Positions 45,631 to 54,372 of a DNA stretch of 64,000 bases are shown piece by piece. The stretch covers positions 24,138 through 88,137 of the forward strand of contig JAICUI010000004.1 in NCBI GenBank assembly GCA_025935925.1. The letters are read 5' to 3'. The position numbers and the translations under genes were made by a program. The notes under the pieces are model-generated. The model made no database searches and was not told where the DNA came from. It saw nothing but the letters and a program-made list of their open reading frames with translations. Within the stretch, counting starts at the first letter, position 1. Each line of letters begins with the position of its first letter. This stretch comes from Chloroflexota bacterium. Lineage in GTDB: Bacteria > Chloroflexota > Limnocylindria > Limnocylindrales > CSP1-4.

Positions 45631-47255
45631 GCGTCGAGCCCCGCCCAGAACGCGCTCTGCCACGCGGCGAGCAGGTCGCGCCGGCGGTCCGGCTGGTCGG
45701 GCAGGCGAAGCGGGACGTCGCGCAGGTCGACGATGAGCCCGCCGAGGCCACCCGCCACCTCCGCGGCGGCGTGCCGCGACTTGACACCGAGGTCGACGGG
45801 GTCACGGAAGGTGAGCTCCACCGTCGCGCGCTCGCCGGGCGGCAGGTCGACGAGCTCGAGGCCGCCCGGCGTGAGCTCGACCTCGACGGGCTCCCCCTCG
45901 CCGCGGACGGTCAGGCGGCCGGGGTGCCCGGATCGCAGGCCGGCCGGGAGCACGAGGCTGCCGAGCGGGAGCAGCAGCTCGTCGCGCAGATCCGCGACGA
46001 CCACGCGCCGCTCGTCCGGGTCCTCGATCATCCCGAGCGGCGCGAGGAGGCGCGCGTGGTCCCACCCGAGCGCACGGACCCCCGGGCGCCGCAGCGCATC
46101 GGCGAGCGCGAGCCCCACCGCGGGTCCCGGCGCGATCGCCCACGCGCCACCCGAGGCGACGAGGACCTCCGGTGGCTGCCGGCCGGCGTCGAGGCTGCGC
46201 GTCGCCGCCGCAAGCCGGGTCAGGGCTGCGCGGGCCGCCGCGAGCCGGAGCAGCGCGCCGTCGCCCGCGGCGTCGCTCCACGGGGCGATCGACAGCTCCC
46301 GCAGCCGGTCGCGGACGCGCAGCCGGTCCGGCGCGGACGCGAGCCAAGCCGTGATCGCATCGAGGTGCGCGTCGGTGAACGCGGCCGGCAGGAGCGCGGC
46401 CGCCGGGACGCTCGCCCAGCGCAGGTCGGCGCCCCCACCGGGCGACCACGTGGCGAGCGCTCGCGTCGCGCCGGACTGGCCGATCTCGACCACCTCGACG
46501 CCGCGCCGCAGCACCTCCGCCAGCGTCGCCGTGGCGGTCGCGAGCGCGCGACGGCCGTCGTCCTCCCCGGCCCGCAGCCCGTCGAGCACCCGCCGCAGCG
46601 GTGCGCCGCCGCCGGCCGTGGCCGACGGCGCGAGCACGGTCGACCCGGCCCGGTCCGGCAGGATGCCATCGCCCCGGCCGCCGGGCGTCGCCAGCCCACC
46701 CGAGAGCACCGTGACGAGATCCGGGCGCCGTTGCGCGGCGGCGGTGACGACGGCCCCGAGCTCCGCGAGCAACGACCGCTCGTCGGCGCCCGGCGGGTCC
46801 GAGGCGCCGGCGAGGATCGCGCCGATGCGCGGGTCCGCCAGCGCCGTGGCGACGGGCAGGATCTCGGCGCCGTCGATGACGACCTGGCGCACGCGCCAGC
46901 CCGCGGTCGCCGCGACGTCGGCCAGCGGGCCCGCGACCCGGCGGGTCGCCGCGACGACCGCGATCTCGGGCGGCCGTTCGGTGGTGCACCGGAGGCGCGC
47001 GAGATCCGCCGTCGACCCCGGGTCCGCCAGTCCGGCGGCGGCCGCGAGCTCGGGGTCCGCATCCGCGAGCCGGCCCCGCAGCCGCTCGGCGACGCTGGAC
47101 TCGTCGACGCCCGCGGGCGCCTGGGCGGCGCCGAGCAGCCGCCACGCGCCGGCGACCCTGCCGACGAGCGCGACCGCGACGGTCGCGGTGCCGTGATCGA
47201 TCGCGAGGAACGCGCCCTCGGAGGTGGGACGGACTTCGGTCGCCGGCTCGGTCAC
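45627..47255 (-). CDS. Hypothetical protein (542 aa) with N-terminal ASKHA-like DxGT motif
   Basis: GTG 47255 overlaps the upstream stop (GTGA). FLAIDHGTATVAVALVG resembles the phosphate-1 motif of actin-fold ATPases (GlmL/MutL-like?). This is weak recognition only. Confidence 0.6.
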   Translation of the reverse strand: MTEPATEVRPTSEGAFLAIDHGTATVAVALVGRVAGAWRLLGAAQAPAGVDESSVAERLRGRLADADPELAAAAGLADPGSTADLARLRCTTERPPEIAVVAATRRVAGPLADVAATAGWRVRQVVIDGAEILPVATALADPRIGAILAGASDPPGADERSLLAELGAVVTAAAQRRPDLVTVLSGGLATPGGRGDGILPDRAGSTVLAPSATAGGGAPLRRVLDGLRAGEDDGRRALATATATLAEVLRRGVEVVEIGQSGATRALATWSPGGGADLRWASVPAAALLPAAFTDAHLDAITAWLASAPDRLRVRDRLRELSIAPWSDAAGDGALLRLAAARAALTRLAAATRSLDAGRQPPEVLVASGGAWAIAPGPAVGLALADALRRPGVRALGWDHARLLAPLGMIEDPDERRVVVADLRDELLLPLGSLVLPAGLRSGHPGRLTVRGEGEPVEVELTPGGLELVDLPPGERATVELTFRDPVDLGVKSRHAAAEVAGGLGGLIVDLRDVPLRLPDQPDRRRDLLAAWQSAFWAGLDA

Positions 47256-47542
47256 GCGTCCCAGCCGTCGACCTCGTCCAGCTCCTCGAGGCGGTCGATC
47301 AGCGCCTCGATCCCGGCCTCGTCGCGCATCAGCTCGGTCGCGGACGGCGACTCGCCACCGAACACCTCGCGGAGCACCGGGTCGAAGAACAGCATGGCCG
47401 GCGCGCCGAGCGGGCGATACGGACGGCTGGCCTCCAGGAAGTGGACGGCCGGGCCCGTGAGGCCGCGCAGCCGGATCTCCCGCGCGACCGCCTCGACGAG
47501 GGCCTCCCGGCGCTGGTCCAGCGGCTCGAAGGGCAGGCTCAC
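47252..47542 (-). CDS. Hypothetical protein (96 aa), first gene of a coupled trio
   Basis: GTG 47542 overlaps the macro-domain gene stop (GTGA). Acidic C-terminus EELDEVDGWDA. No family recognised. Confidence 0.5.
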   Translation of the reverse strand: MSLPFEPLDQRREALVEAVAREIRLRGLTGPAVHFLEASRPYRPLGAPAMLFFDPVLREVFGGESPSATELMRDEAGIEALIDRLEELDEVDGWDA

Positions 47543-48195
47543 CGGCCCGGCTCGTCCGTGGGGCGGCCGGCGCGGTCCGTGTCGGCCGTGTGGCCGCGGG
47601 GCGCGTCCGCGTCGGCCGTGACGCCCGCCGGGCGGCCCGGACCCACCGACTGCCACGCGTCGGCCTGGAGGACCGGCCGCGACGGCGCTGGCTCGCCGTC
47701 CGAGAGCGCCCGCGCGAATGCCTCGTACGCCGCGGCGCCGCGGAGGGCGAAGATGACGTGCTCGATCGAGGGCGATGCCGGCAGCTCGTCGCGCACCGCG
47801 GTGACCGCGATCCGCGCGGCGTCGTCGAGCGGAAACCCGCCGATGCCGGTGCCCAGCGCCGGAAACGCGATGCTGCCCAGGTTGAGCTCGCGGGCGCGCG
47901 CCATCGCGTTGCGGGCGGCTTGCTCGATCGCCGGGCCGTTCGTGCGCCGGTCGCGCTCGAGGGACACGGCGTGGATCACCACCCGCGCGGCAAGGTTCCC
48001 GGCCGGGGTCACGATCGCGTCGCCGAGGGCGACGGGGGCCTGGCGCAGCGCCGCGAACTCGACCGCGTCGCCGCCCGCACGCTTGATCTCGCCGGCGATG
48101 CCCGTCGACATCCACAGGGAGGTGGCCGCCGGGCTCACGATCGCGTCGACCTCGAGGTCGCAGATGTCGCCGTTCCAGAGCTCGATGCGTGCCAT
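47539..48195 (-). CDS. Macro domain protein (ADP-ribose / O-acetyl-ADP-ribose hydrolase type) with low-complexity tail
   Basis: 218 aa. WNGDICDLEVDAIVSPA, AARVVIHAV and IAFPALGTGIGGFP are macro-domain signatures. Confidence 0.85.
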   Translation of the reverse strand: MARIELWNGDICDLEVDAIVSPAATSLWMSTGIAGEIKRAGGDAVEFAALRQAPVALGDAIVTPAGNLAARVVIHAVSLERDRRTNGPAIEQAARNAMARARELNLGSIAFPALGTGIGGFPLDDAARIAVTAVRDELPASPSIEHVIFALRGAAAYEAFARALSDGEPAPSRPVLQADAWQSVGPGRPAGVTADADAPRGHTADTDRAGRPTDEPGR

Positions 48196-49470
48196 TCAGG
48201 TCTCCCGCCGGGTGAGTGTCCGCATCGCGACCGCAGAACCCGCGGCATCGTACACCCGGGCCAGCCGCCGGGACATCGCGGTGACCACCTCGTGGCTGAT
48301 CGTCCGGCCGATCCCGGCGAGCTCGTCGGCGGTGATCCGCTCGTCGCCCTGCGCGCCGATCAGCACGAACTCGTCGTCGGCCGTGACGGGGTCGCCGGGC
48401 ACGAGCGTCACGTCCGCCATCACGGCGTCCATCGCGACGCGACCGACCAGCGGCACGCGCACCCCGCGCACCAGCGCCGCCGACCGGTCGGACAGGAAGC
48501 GGTGCCAGCCGTCACCGTAGCCCACCGGAAGGGTGGCGATCCGGGATGGACGGCTCGTGACGAACGAGGGACCGTAGCTCACGCCGTGGCCCGCGGGGAG
48601 CTCCATGACCCGGACGGGCCGCGCCCGCAGGCTGAGGACCGGGCGGATCCGGCCCATGGCGCCCTCGCGGCCCGGCCCCGCGACGACGCCCGCGGGGATG
48701 AGGCCGTACAGGCTCAACCCGGGGCGGACGGCCTCCCAGCGCGACGCGCCCTCGCCGAGGATCCCGCCGCTGCCCGCGAAGTGACGGCGGATCGCGCCGG
48801 CGTCCCCGCCCCAGACGACGGCCTCGCCGAGCGGCGCGAGCGCGTCGCGGAACGTCGCGTCCTGGGCGCGAACGCTGTCGGTCCGCTCCGCGGCCGCGAG
48901 GTGCGTCCACACGCCGGCGAGGCGGACGCCCGGCGTCGCGAGGATCCGTTCGATCGTCCCGGCGGCATCGTCGGGCGCCACGCCGCCGCGGCCGAGGCCG
49001 GTGTCGACCTCGAGGTGGACCTCGAGCGGCCGCGTCCCGCGTCCCGCCCCGCGCTCGGCCGCCCCGAGGACCGACGCCGACGGCTCGCCCGCGCCGAGCG
49101 TCACGGCGATCGAGCGGTCCCGCGCGACGTCCACGGCGGCCGCCGGCACCGGATACAGCACGAGGACCGGGAGCCCGACCCCGGCGTCCCGCAGCTCGAC
49201 GGCCTCGTCCAGCGTCGCGACGGACAGCCCGTCGGCGCCCGCGGCCTCGAGGGCTCGCGCGACCTCGACCGCGCCGTGGCCGTATGCGTCCGCCTTGACC
49301 ACGGGCTCGACGCGCACGCCGGGCCCGGCGGCCTCGCGCAGCGCCGCCAGGTTCGCGACGAGCGCGTCGAGGTCGATCTCCAGCCACGCCGACCGCAGCA
49401 GCGGCGGCAGCCCCGCTCGGGCCAGGCGCGCCTCGATCGGTTCCGGCCGGCCCGCGCCGGCGCCGCTCAG
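48196..49470 (-). CDS. alr: Alanine racemase (start codon unresolved)
   Basis: WLEIDLDALVANL and the PLP-lysine motif VVKADAYGHG. There is no ATG/GTG/TTG between the upstream stop (49467-49469) and the conserved N-terminus. The 5' end is set at in-frame CTG 49470. The next canonical start, GTG 49317, would truncate the fold. Confidence 0.8.
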   Translation of the reverse strand: MSGAGAGRPEPIEARLARAGLPPLLRSAWLEIDLDALVANLAALREAAGPGVRVEPVVKADAYGHGAVEVARALEAAGADGLSVATLDEAVELRDAGVGLPVLVLYPVPAAAVDVARDRSIAVTLGAGEPSASVLGAAERGAGRGTRPLEVHLEVDTGLGRGGVAPDDAAGTIERILATPGVRLAGVWTHLAAAERTDSVRAQDATFRDALAPLGEAVVWGGDAGAIRRHFAGSGGILGEGASRWEAVRPGLSLYGLIPAGVVAGPGREGAMGRIRPVLSLRARPVRVMELPAGHGVSYGPSFVTSRPSRIATLPVGYGDGWHRFLSDRSAALVRGVRVPLVGRVAMDAVMADVTLVPGDPVTADDEFVLIGAQGDERITADELAGIGRTISHEVVTAMSRRLARVYDAAGSAVAMRTLTRRET

Positions 49471-50588
49471 GACGCGGCTCCGGCCGTGGCGGCGCCGCCG
49501 TCCGTGGCGGGGTTCCCGTCGCCGCCAGCGGTCCGCGGCGGCTCGTCGTCCCGTGCCGCGAACCCGAACCGGCGACCCGCCCTGGTGCGCTCCGCGATCT
49601 TGGCCAGGCGCCGGCGGCCGATCGGCAGGGCGTCCGGGAGGTCGCTCGCGAGCAGCCCGGCGTCGCCGATGCGCTCGCGAACCGCCTCGCCCGCGAGCCC
49701 GTGGAGGTAGACGCCGAGCCGCGCCGCGTCGTACGGCGCGAGGCCCTGGGCGAGCAGCGCACCGATCGTCCCGGCCAGCACGTCGCCCGTGCCGCCGGAC
49801 GCCATCGCCGGGTTCTCGAACGGCGCCAGCGCGGCCGACCCGTCGGGGCCGGCGATGATCGTGTTCGCGCCCTTGAGCACCACGACCTGGCGCCACTCCG
49901 TCGCCGCCGCGACGGCGGCCTTCACCCGCGCCTCGTCGTCGCCGTTGAGGTCGCCGTCCTCGGCGGGGTCGTGGCCGCTCCCCGCACGGAGCCGCGCGAA
50001 CTCGCCCGAGTGCGGGGTCAGCACGCACGGGCGCGTCACCCGGTGCCACCAGCCATCGGCGCTGGCGAGCGTCCGCAGCGCCTCGGCGTCGAGCACGGCC
50101 GGCGGCGCGCCGCTCTCCTCCGGTGCCGTGAGGATCAGCCGCAGCAGGTCGGCGAGCGCGAGGGACGGCCGGAGCCCGGGCCCGATGACCAGCGCGTCGT
50201 GCTCGTGGTCGAGCACCGCGGCGAGCGCGGGCTCCGGGTCGACCTCCTCGACGTCGTCCTCCGGCAGCGCGAGCGTCGTCGCCTCGACCACCTTCGCGGC
50301 GAACAGCGGCTGCAGCGACTCGGGGACGGCAAGGGTCACCAGGCCGGCGCCTGCGCGACCGGCGGCCCGGCACACGAGCAGCCCCGCGCCCGCGTAGTCG
50401 AGCGAGCCCGCGATCACCAGCAGCTTGCCGAAGGTGCCCTTGTGGCCGCGAGCGGCGCGCTCGGGGACGAGCTTCGCCATGGCGTCGTCGTCCAGGCGCA
50501 CGGACCCCGCGGGCGCCTGCGCGACCGGCGGTGGCGCCGTCGGGTCGCCCTCGCGTCGCCCGAAGCCCACGGGCCGCCGGTCAGCCAC
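49467..50588 (-). CDS. nnrD: ADP-dependent NAD(P)H-hydrate dehydratase (YjeF C-terminal type only)
   Basis: HKGTFGKLLVIAGS and SGGTGDVLAGTIGALLAQG motifs. Start is GTG 50588 (8-nt overlap with acpS), or alternatively ATG 50618. Confidence 0.82.
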   Translation of the reverse strand: MADRRPVGFGRREGDPTAPPPVAQAPAGSVRLDDDAMAKLVPERAARGHKGTFGKLLVIAGSLDYAGAGLLVCRAAGRAGAGLVTLAVPESLQPLFAAKVVEATTLALPEDDVEEVDPEPALAAVLDHEHDALVIGPGLRPSLALADLLRLILTAPEESGAPPAVLDAEALRTLASADGWWHRVTRPCVLTPHSGEFARLRAGSGHDPAEDGDLNGDDEARVKAAVAAATEWRQVVVLKGANTIIAGPDGSAALAPFENPAMASGGTGDVLAGTIGALLAQGLAPYDAARLGVYLHGLAGEAVRERIGDAGLLASDLPDALPIGRRRLAKIAERTRAGRRFGFAARDDEPPRTAGGDGNPATDGGAATAGAAS

Positions 50589-51159
50589 GATCGCCGCCCG
50601 AGGCGTCCGGGGGCGCATCGCCCGCGGCGCCGACAGCGCTGGCCTCGAGCTCGGCCGTGGCCGCGCGAAGCGCGCGGAGCCGCTCGAACCGCGCCATGAG
50701 CCGGCGCTCCTGGTCGTCCAACCGGTCCTCGATGTCGAGCGGGAACACGTAGCGGCCGCCCGCCGTCCGCACTCCGAACGCGACCGCCACCGCGTACTCG
50801 GCCTCGTGCGTGATCGAGACGGCGACCCGGTCCATGCCCAGCTGCGCCGCGCGGCCCGCGGCGCGGCCGTGGAGCACGATCGACGGCTGGCCGGTCGGCA
50901 GGCGCTCGACCTCGATGTCCTTCCAGCCGACCCCGCGGACGCCGAGGCCGAGAACCTTGGACACCGCCTCCTTGGCCGCCCAGCGGCCCGCGAACGTCTC
51001 CGGGCGCTGGCGCACGTAGCGCTGCTCGCGCTCGGTGAGGACGCGGTTCGCGAAGCGTGTGCCGAACCGCTCGATCGCCGCGGCGATGCGGTCGACCTTC
51101 ACGATGTCGACGCCGAGCTCCGTGATGCCGGGCGGGACGCTGCCCGCGGACGCGTCCAC
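50581..51159 (-). CDS. acpS: Holo-[acyl-carrier-protein] synthase with about 60-aa C-terminal extension
   Basis: 192 aa. LGVDIVKVDRI..FAGRWAAKEAVSKVLG..SITHEAEYAVAVA. Confidence 0.85.
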   Translation of the reverse strand: MDASAGSVPPGITELGVDIVKVDRIAAAIERFGTRFANRVLTEREQRYVRQRPETFAGRWAAKEAVSKVLGLGVRGVGWKDIEVERLPTGQPSIVLHGRAAGRAAQLGMDRVAVSITHEAEYAVAVAFGVRTAGGRYVFPLDIEDRLDDQERRLMARFERLRALRAATAELEASAVGAAGDAPPDASGGDRG

Positions 51160-51161
51160 CG

Positions 51162-52991
51162 CTACTCGACCGTCACCGACTTCGCGAGGTTTCGGGGCTG
51201 GTCGACGTCCGTGCCGCGCGCGACCGCGGTGTGGTACGCGAACAGCTGGAGCGGGATGACCGCGAGCACCGGCGACAGCGCATCGTGCGTCGCGGGAACC
51301 CAGACGACGTCGTCCGCGAGCTCGCGGATCGCGTCGTCGCCCTCCGTCGCGACGGCGATCACCCGCGCGTCACGCGCCCGGCCCTCCATCACGTTGCTGA
51401 TCAGCTTGTCGTAGATCCGCGACCGGGTCGCGACCGCGACCAGCGGGCACTCGGCGTCGAGCAGCGAGATGGGGCCGTGCTTGAGCTCGCCCGCCGCGTA
51501 GCCCTCCGCGTGGATGTAGCTGACCTCCTTGAGCTTGAGCGCGCCCTCGAGCGCGGCCGGCAGCCCGTACCCGCGGCCGATGAACATGAAGCCGCGCGAG
51601 TTCACGTAGCGCCGTGCGAGCGACGCCACACCCGACGCCCCCTCGAGCGCCCGTGCCGCCGCCTCGGGCAGCGACCGGAGCGCGTGCCCGAGCTCGAGCT
51701 CCTGCTCCGCGCCCATCGCGCCACGCGCCTTCGCGATCGCCGCGGCGAGGACGACCAGCGTCGTCACCTGGGTCACGAACGTCTTCGACGCCGCCACCGC
51801 GATCTCGGGGCCGGCCTGCAGGAACAGCACCGCGTCGGCCTCGCGGGTGATCGCCGACCCCACGGTGTTCGTCACGGCGACGATCGGGCAGCCCTGCTCG
51901 CGTGCCCAGCGGGTCGGGGCGATCGTGTCCGCGGTCTCGCCCGACTGGGTCACGGCGATCACCAGCGCATCGGCGTCGAGCGGCGGCGGCGCGTAGCGGA
52001 ACTCCGACCCCACCGTGACCCGTGCCGGCAGCCCGGTCCAGTCCTGGATCGCGGCCGCGCCGACGAGCGCGGCGTACGACGCGGTCCCGCAGGCGACGAG
52101 CTCGACGCGGGTGACCCGCCGGAACGCGTCCGCGAGCGCGTCCACCTCGGGCGCCTGGATCGTGCCCGAGGGCGTCACCCGGCCGGCCAGCGACTGGCGC
52201 AGCGCCTCGGGCTGCTCGTGGATCTCCTTGAGCATGAAGTGCTCGTAGCCGCCCTTCTCGGCCGCCTCGGGCGTCCAGTCGATGACCGTGACCGGCCGCT
52301 CCTGCCGCCGGCCGTCGAGGTCCGTGATCACGACGCCGGTCGGGCGGACGTCCGCGACGTCGCCGTCCTCGAGGAACACCACGCGGTCGGTGTGCGCGAG
52401 GATGGCCGCGACGTCGCTCGCGATGAAGCTCTCCTCGCCGTTGAGCCCGACGACGAGCGGGACGTTCTGGCGGGCGCCGACGAGCCGGCTGACCTCGCCC
52501 TTGTGCATCACGACCAGTGCGTACGCCCCCTCGAGGCGGCGCAGCGCGGCTCGCACGGCATCCGCGAGGTCGCCCGCGTACGCCTCCTCGACGAGGTGCG
52601 CGATCGCCTCGGTGTCGGTCTCGGACGCCAGCGTGTGCCCGCGCTGCTCCAGGCCCTCGCGGAGCTCGCGGAAGTTCTCGATGATCCCGTTGTGGATGAC
52701 GGTGATGTCGCCGGTGCAGTCCTGGTGGGGATGCGCGTTGAGGTCGTTGGGCCGGCCATGGGTCGCCCAGCGCGTGTGCGCGAGGCCGAGCGTCGCGTGC
52801 GGCGTCCGGTCCGCGATCGCCGTCTGGAGGTTCGAGAGCTTGCCGGCCTTCTTGTCGACGAACAGCTCGCCCTGCTCGTCCACCAGCGCGATCCCAGCGG
52901 AGTCGTAGCCCCGGTACTCGAGGCGGCGCAGCCCCTCGATGAGGATCGGGCCGGCCTCGCGGGGGCCCGTGTAGCCGACGATGCCGCACAT
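51162..52991 (-). CDS. glmS: Glutamine--fructose-6-phosphate aminotransferase
   Basis: 609 aa. MCGIVGY N-terminus, SIS domains and C-terminal LAKSVTVE. Confidence 0.95.
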   Translation of the reverse strand: MCGIVGYTGPREAGPILIEGLRRLEYRGYDSAGIALVDEQGELFVDKKAGKLSNLQTAIADRTPHATLGLAHTRWATHGRPNDLNAHPHQDCTGDITVIHNGIIENFRELREGLEQRGHTLASETDTEAIAHLVEEAYAGDLADAVRAALRRLEGAYALVVMHKGEVSRLVGARQNVPLVVGLNGEESFIASDVAAILAHTDRVVFLEDGDVADVRPTGVVITDLDGRRQERPVTVIDWTPEAAEKGGYEHFMLKEIHEQPEALRQSLAGRVTPSGTIQAPEVDALADAFRRVTRVELVACGTASYAALVGAAAIQDWTGLPARVTVGSEFRYAPPPLDADALVIAVTQSGETADTIAPTRWAREQGCPIVAVTNTVGSAITREADAVLFLQAGPEIAVAASKTFVTQVTTLVVLAAAIAKARGAMGAEQELELGHALRSLPEAAARALEGASGVASLARRYVNSRGFMFIGRGYGLPAALEGALKLKEVSYIHAEGYAAGELKHGPISLLDAECPLVAVATRSRIYDKLISNVMEGRARDARVIAVATEGDDAIRELADDVVWVPATHDALSPVLAVIPLQLFAYHTAVARGTDVDQPRNLAKSVTVE

Positions 52992-52997
52992 GGGGGG

Positions 52998-54332
52998 CTA
53001 GTGTAGGCGGTCCCCCGCGAGGCTCGCGATCGCGTCGGCCAGCTCGGCCACGACGGCCGCATCGCGGCCTTCGACCATCACGCGCAGGACCGGCTCCGTC
53101 CCCGAGGGCCGGACGAGGATCCGGCCGTCCGGCGCGAGGCGCCGCTCGGCGTCGGCGATCGCGGCGAGGAGGCGATCGTCGTTCTCCCACTGGTCGCGGT
53201 GGCGCACGCGGATCGCCCGCTGCTGCTGGGGGAGCAGCGGGATCGCGCGGGCGAGGTCGTCGAGCCCCGTGCCGGCGGCGCGCATCACCCGCAGCAGCTC
53301 GAGCGCGGTCACGATGCCGTCGCCGGTCGTGGCGTGCTCGCGGACGATCACGTGGCCGCTCTTCTCGCCCCCGAGCCCGGCGCCCGACACGAGCATCGCG
53401 GCGAGGATGTGCTTGTCGCCGACCGGGGTCCGCACGAGCCGCCCGCCGGCCGCCTCGACCGCGTGCTGCAGGCCCCCGTTCGAGAGGACCGACACGACGA
53501 GGCTGCCGTGGTCGAGCGCGCCGCGGCCGAGCCGCTCGAGGGCGAGGATCCCGAGCACCTGGTCGCCGTCGACGAGCTGGCCGCCGGCGTCCACCGCGAC
53601 GCAGCGATCCGCGTCGCCGTCGAGCGCGAACCCGACGTCCGCACCGAGCTCGCGGACGGCCGCCATCAGGCTCTCGGGGTGCGTGGCCCCGCAGTCCCGG
53701 TTGATGTTGTCGCCGTCGGGTTGGTCGTGGAGCACCGTCACCCGGGCGCCGGTCGCCTCGAGGATCCGGGGCGCGACCCGGTACGCGGCGCCGTCCGCCG
53801 TGTCGAGCACGACGTGAAGCCCGGCCCCGGGCACCGTTTCCGCGAGCGCGCTCCGGTTCGCGACGTACCGCTCGAGCAGCTCGCGCGCGTGGCGTGCCAC
53901 GCCGATCGCGGACGGCGGCGCGCCGGGCAGCTCGTCGGCCCGCAGGATCAGCGCCTCGAGCTCGTCCTCGAGGTCGTCGTCCAGCTTGAGCCCCGACGGG
54001 TCGAGGACCTTGAGCCCGTTGTCGTCGGCGGGGTTGTGCGACGCCGAGACCATGATGCCGGCGCCGAACTCGCCCGACCCGGCGAGGAACGCGAGCGCCG
54101 GCGTCGGGACGACGCCGACGGCGTGGACATCCGTCCCCATGCTCGTCGCGCCGGCGGTGATCGCAGCGACGAACATGTCGCCCGACCGCCGCGTGTCCTG
54201 CCCGAGCACGATCGAGCGGCCCGACCCACCGACCTGGTGGGCCGTGGCCCGTCCCAGCGAGAACGCCAGGGACGGCCGGAGGTCGACATTGGCGACGCCG
54301 CGGATGCCGTCGGTGCCGAACAGTCGGGTCAT
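52998..54332 (-). CDS. glmM: Phosphoglucosamine mutase
   Basis: 444 aa. LFGTDGIRG and SASHNPADDNGLK motifs. Confidence 0.95.
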   Translation of the reverse strand: MTRLFGTDGIRGVANVDLRPSLAFSLGRATAHQVGGSGRSIVLGQDTRRSGDMFVAAITAGATSMGTDVHAVGVVPTPALAFLAGSGEFGAGIMVSASHNPADDNGLKVLDPSGLKLDDDLEDELEALILRADELPGAPPSAIGVARHARELLERYVANRSALAETVPGAGLHVVLDTADGAAYRVAPRILEATGARVTVLHDQPDGDNINRDCGATHPESLMAAVRELGADVGFALDGDADRCVAVDAGGQLVDGDQVLGILALERLGRGALDHGSLVVSVLSNGGLQHAVEAAGGRLVRTPVGDKHILAAMLVSGAGLGGEKSGHVIVREHATTGDGIVTALELLRVMRAAGTGLDDLARAIPLLPQQQRAIRVRHRDQWENDDRLLAAIADAERRLAPDGRILVRPSGTEPVLRVMVEGRDAAVVAELADAIASLAGDRLH

Positions 54333-54372
54333 GCAGGGTCCTCGTTCGCTGCGGCCGTGGTGGGTCCGGCGG

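Noticed and set aside
47570-47625. Short direct repeat gtcggccgtg (47581-47590 and 47611-47620) near the end of the macro-domain gene.
   Set aside because: It lies inside the coding sequence and encodes the repeated TAD tripeptide of the low-complexity tail (TADADAPRGHTADTD). No independent feature is implied.
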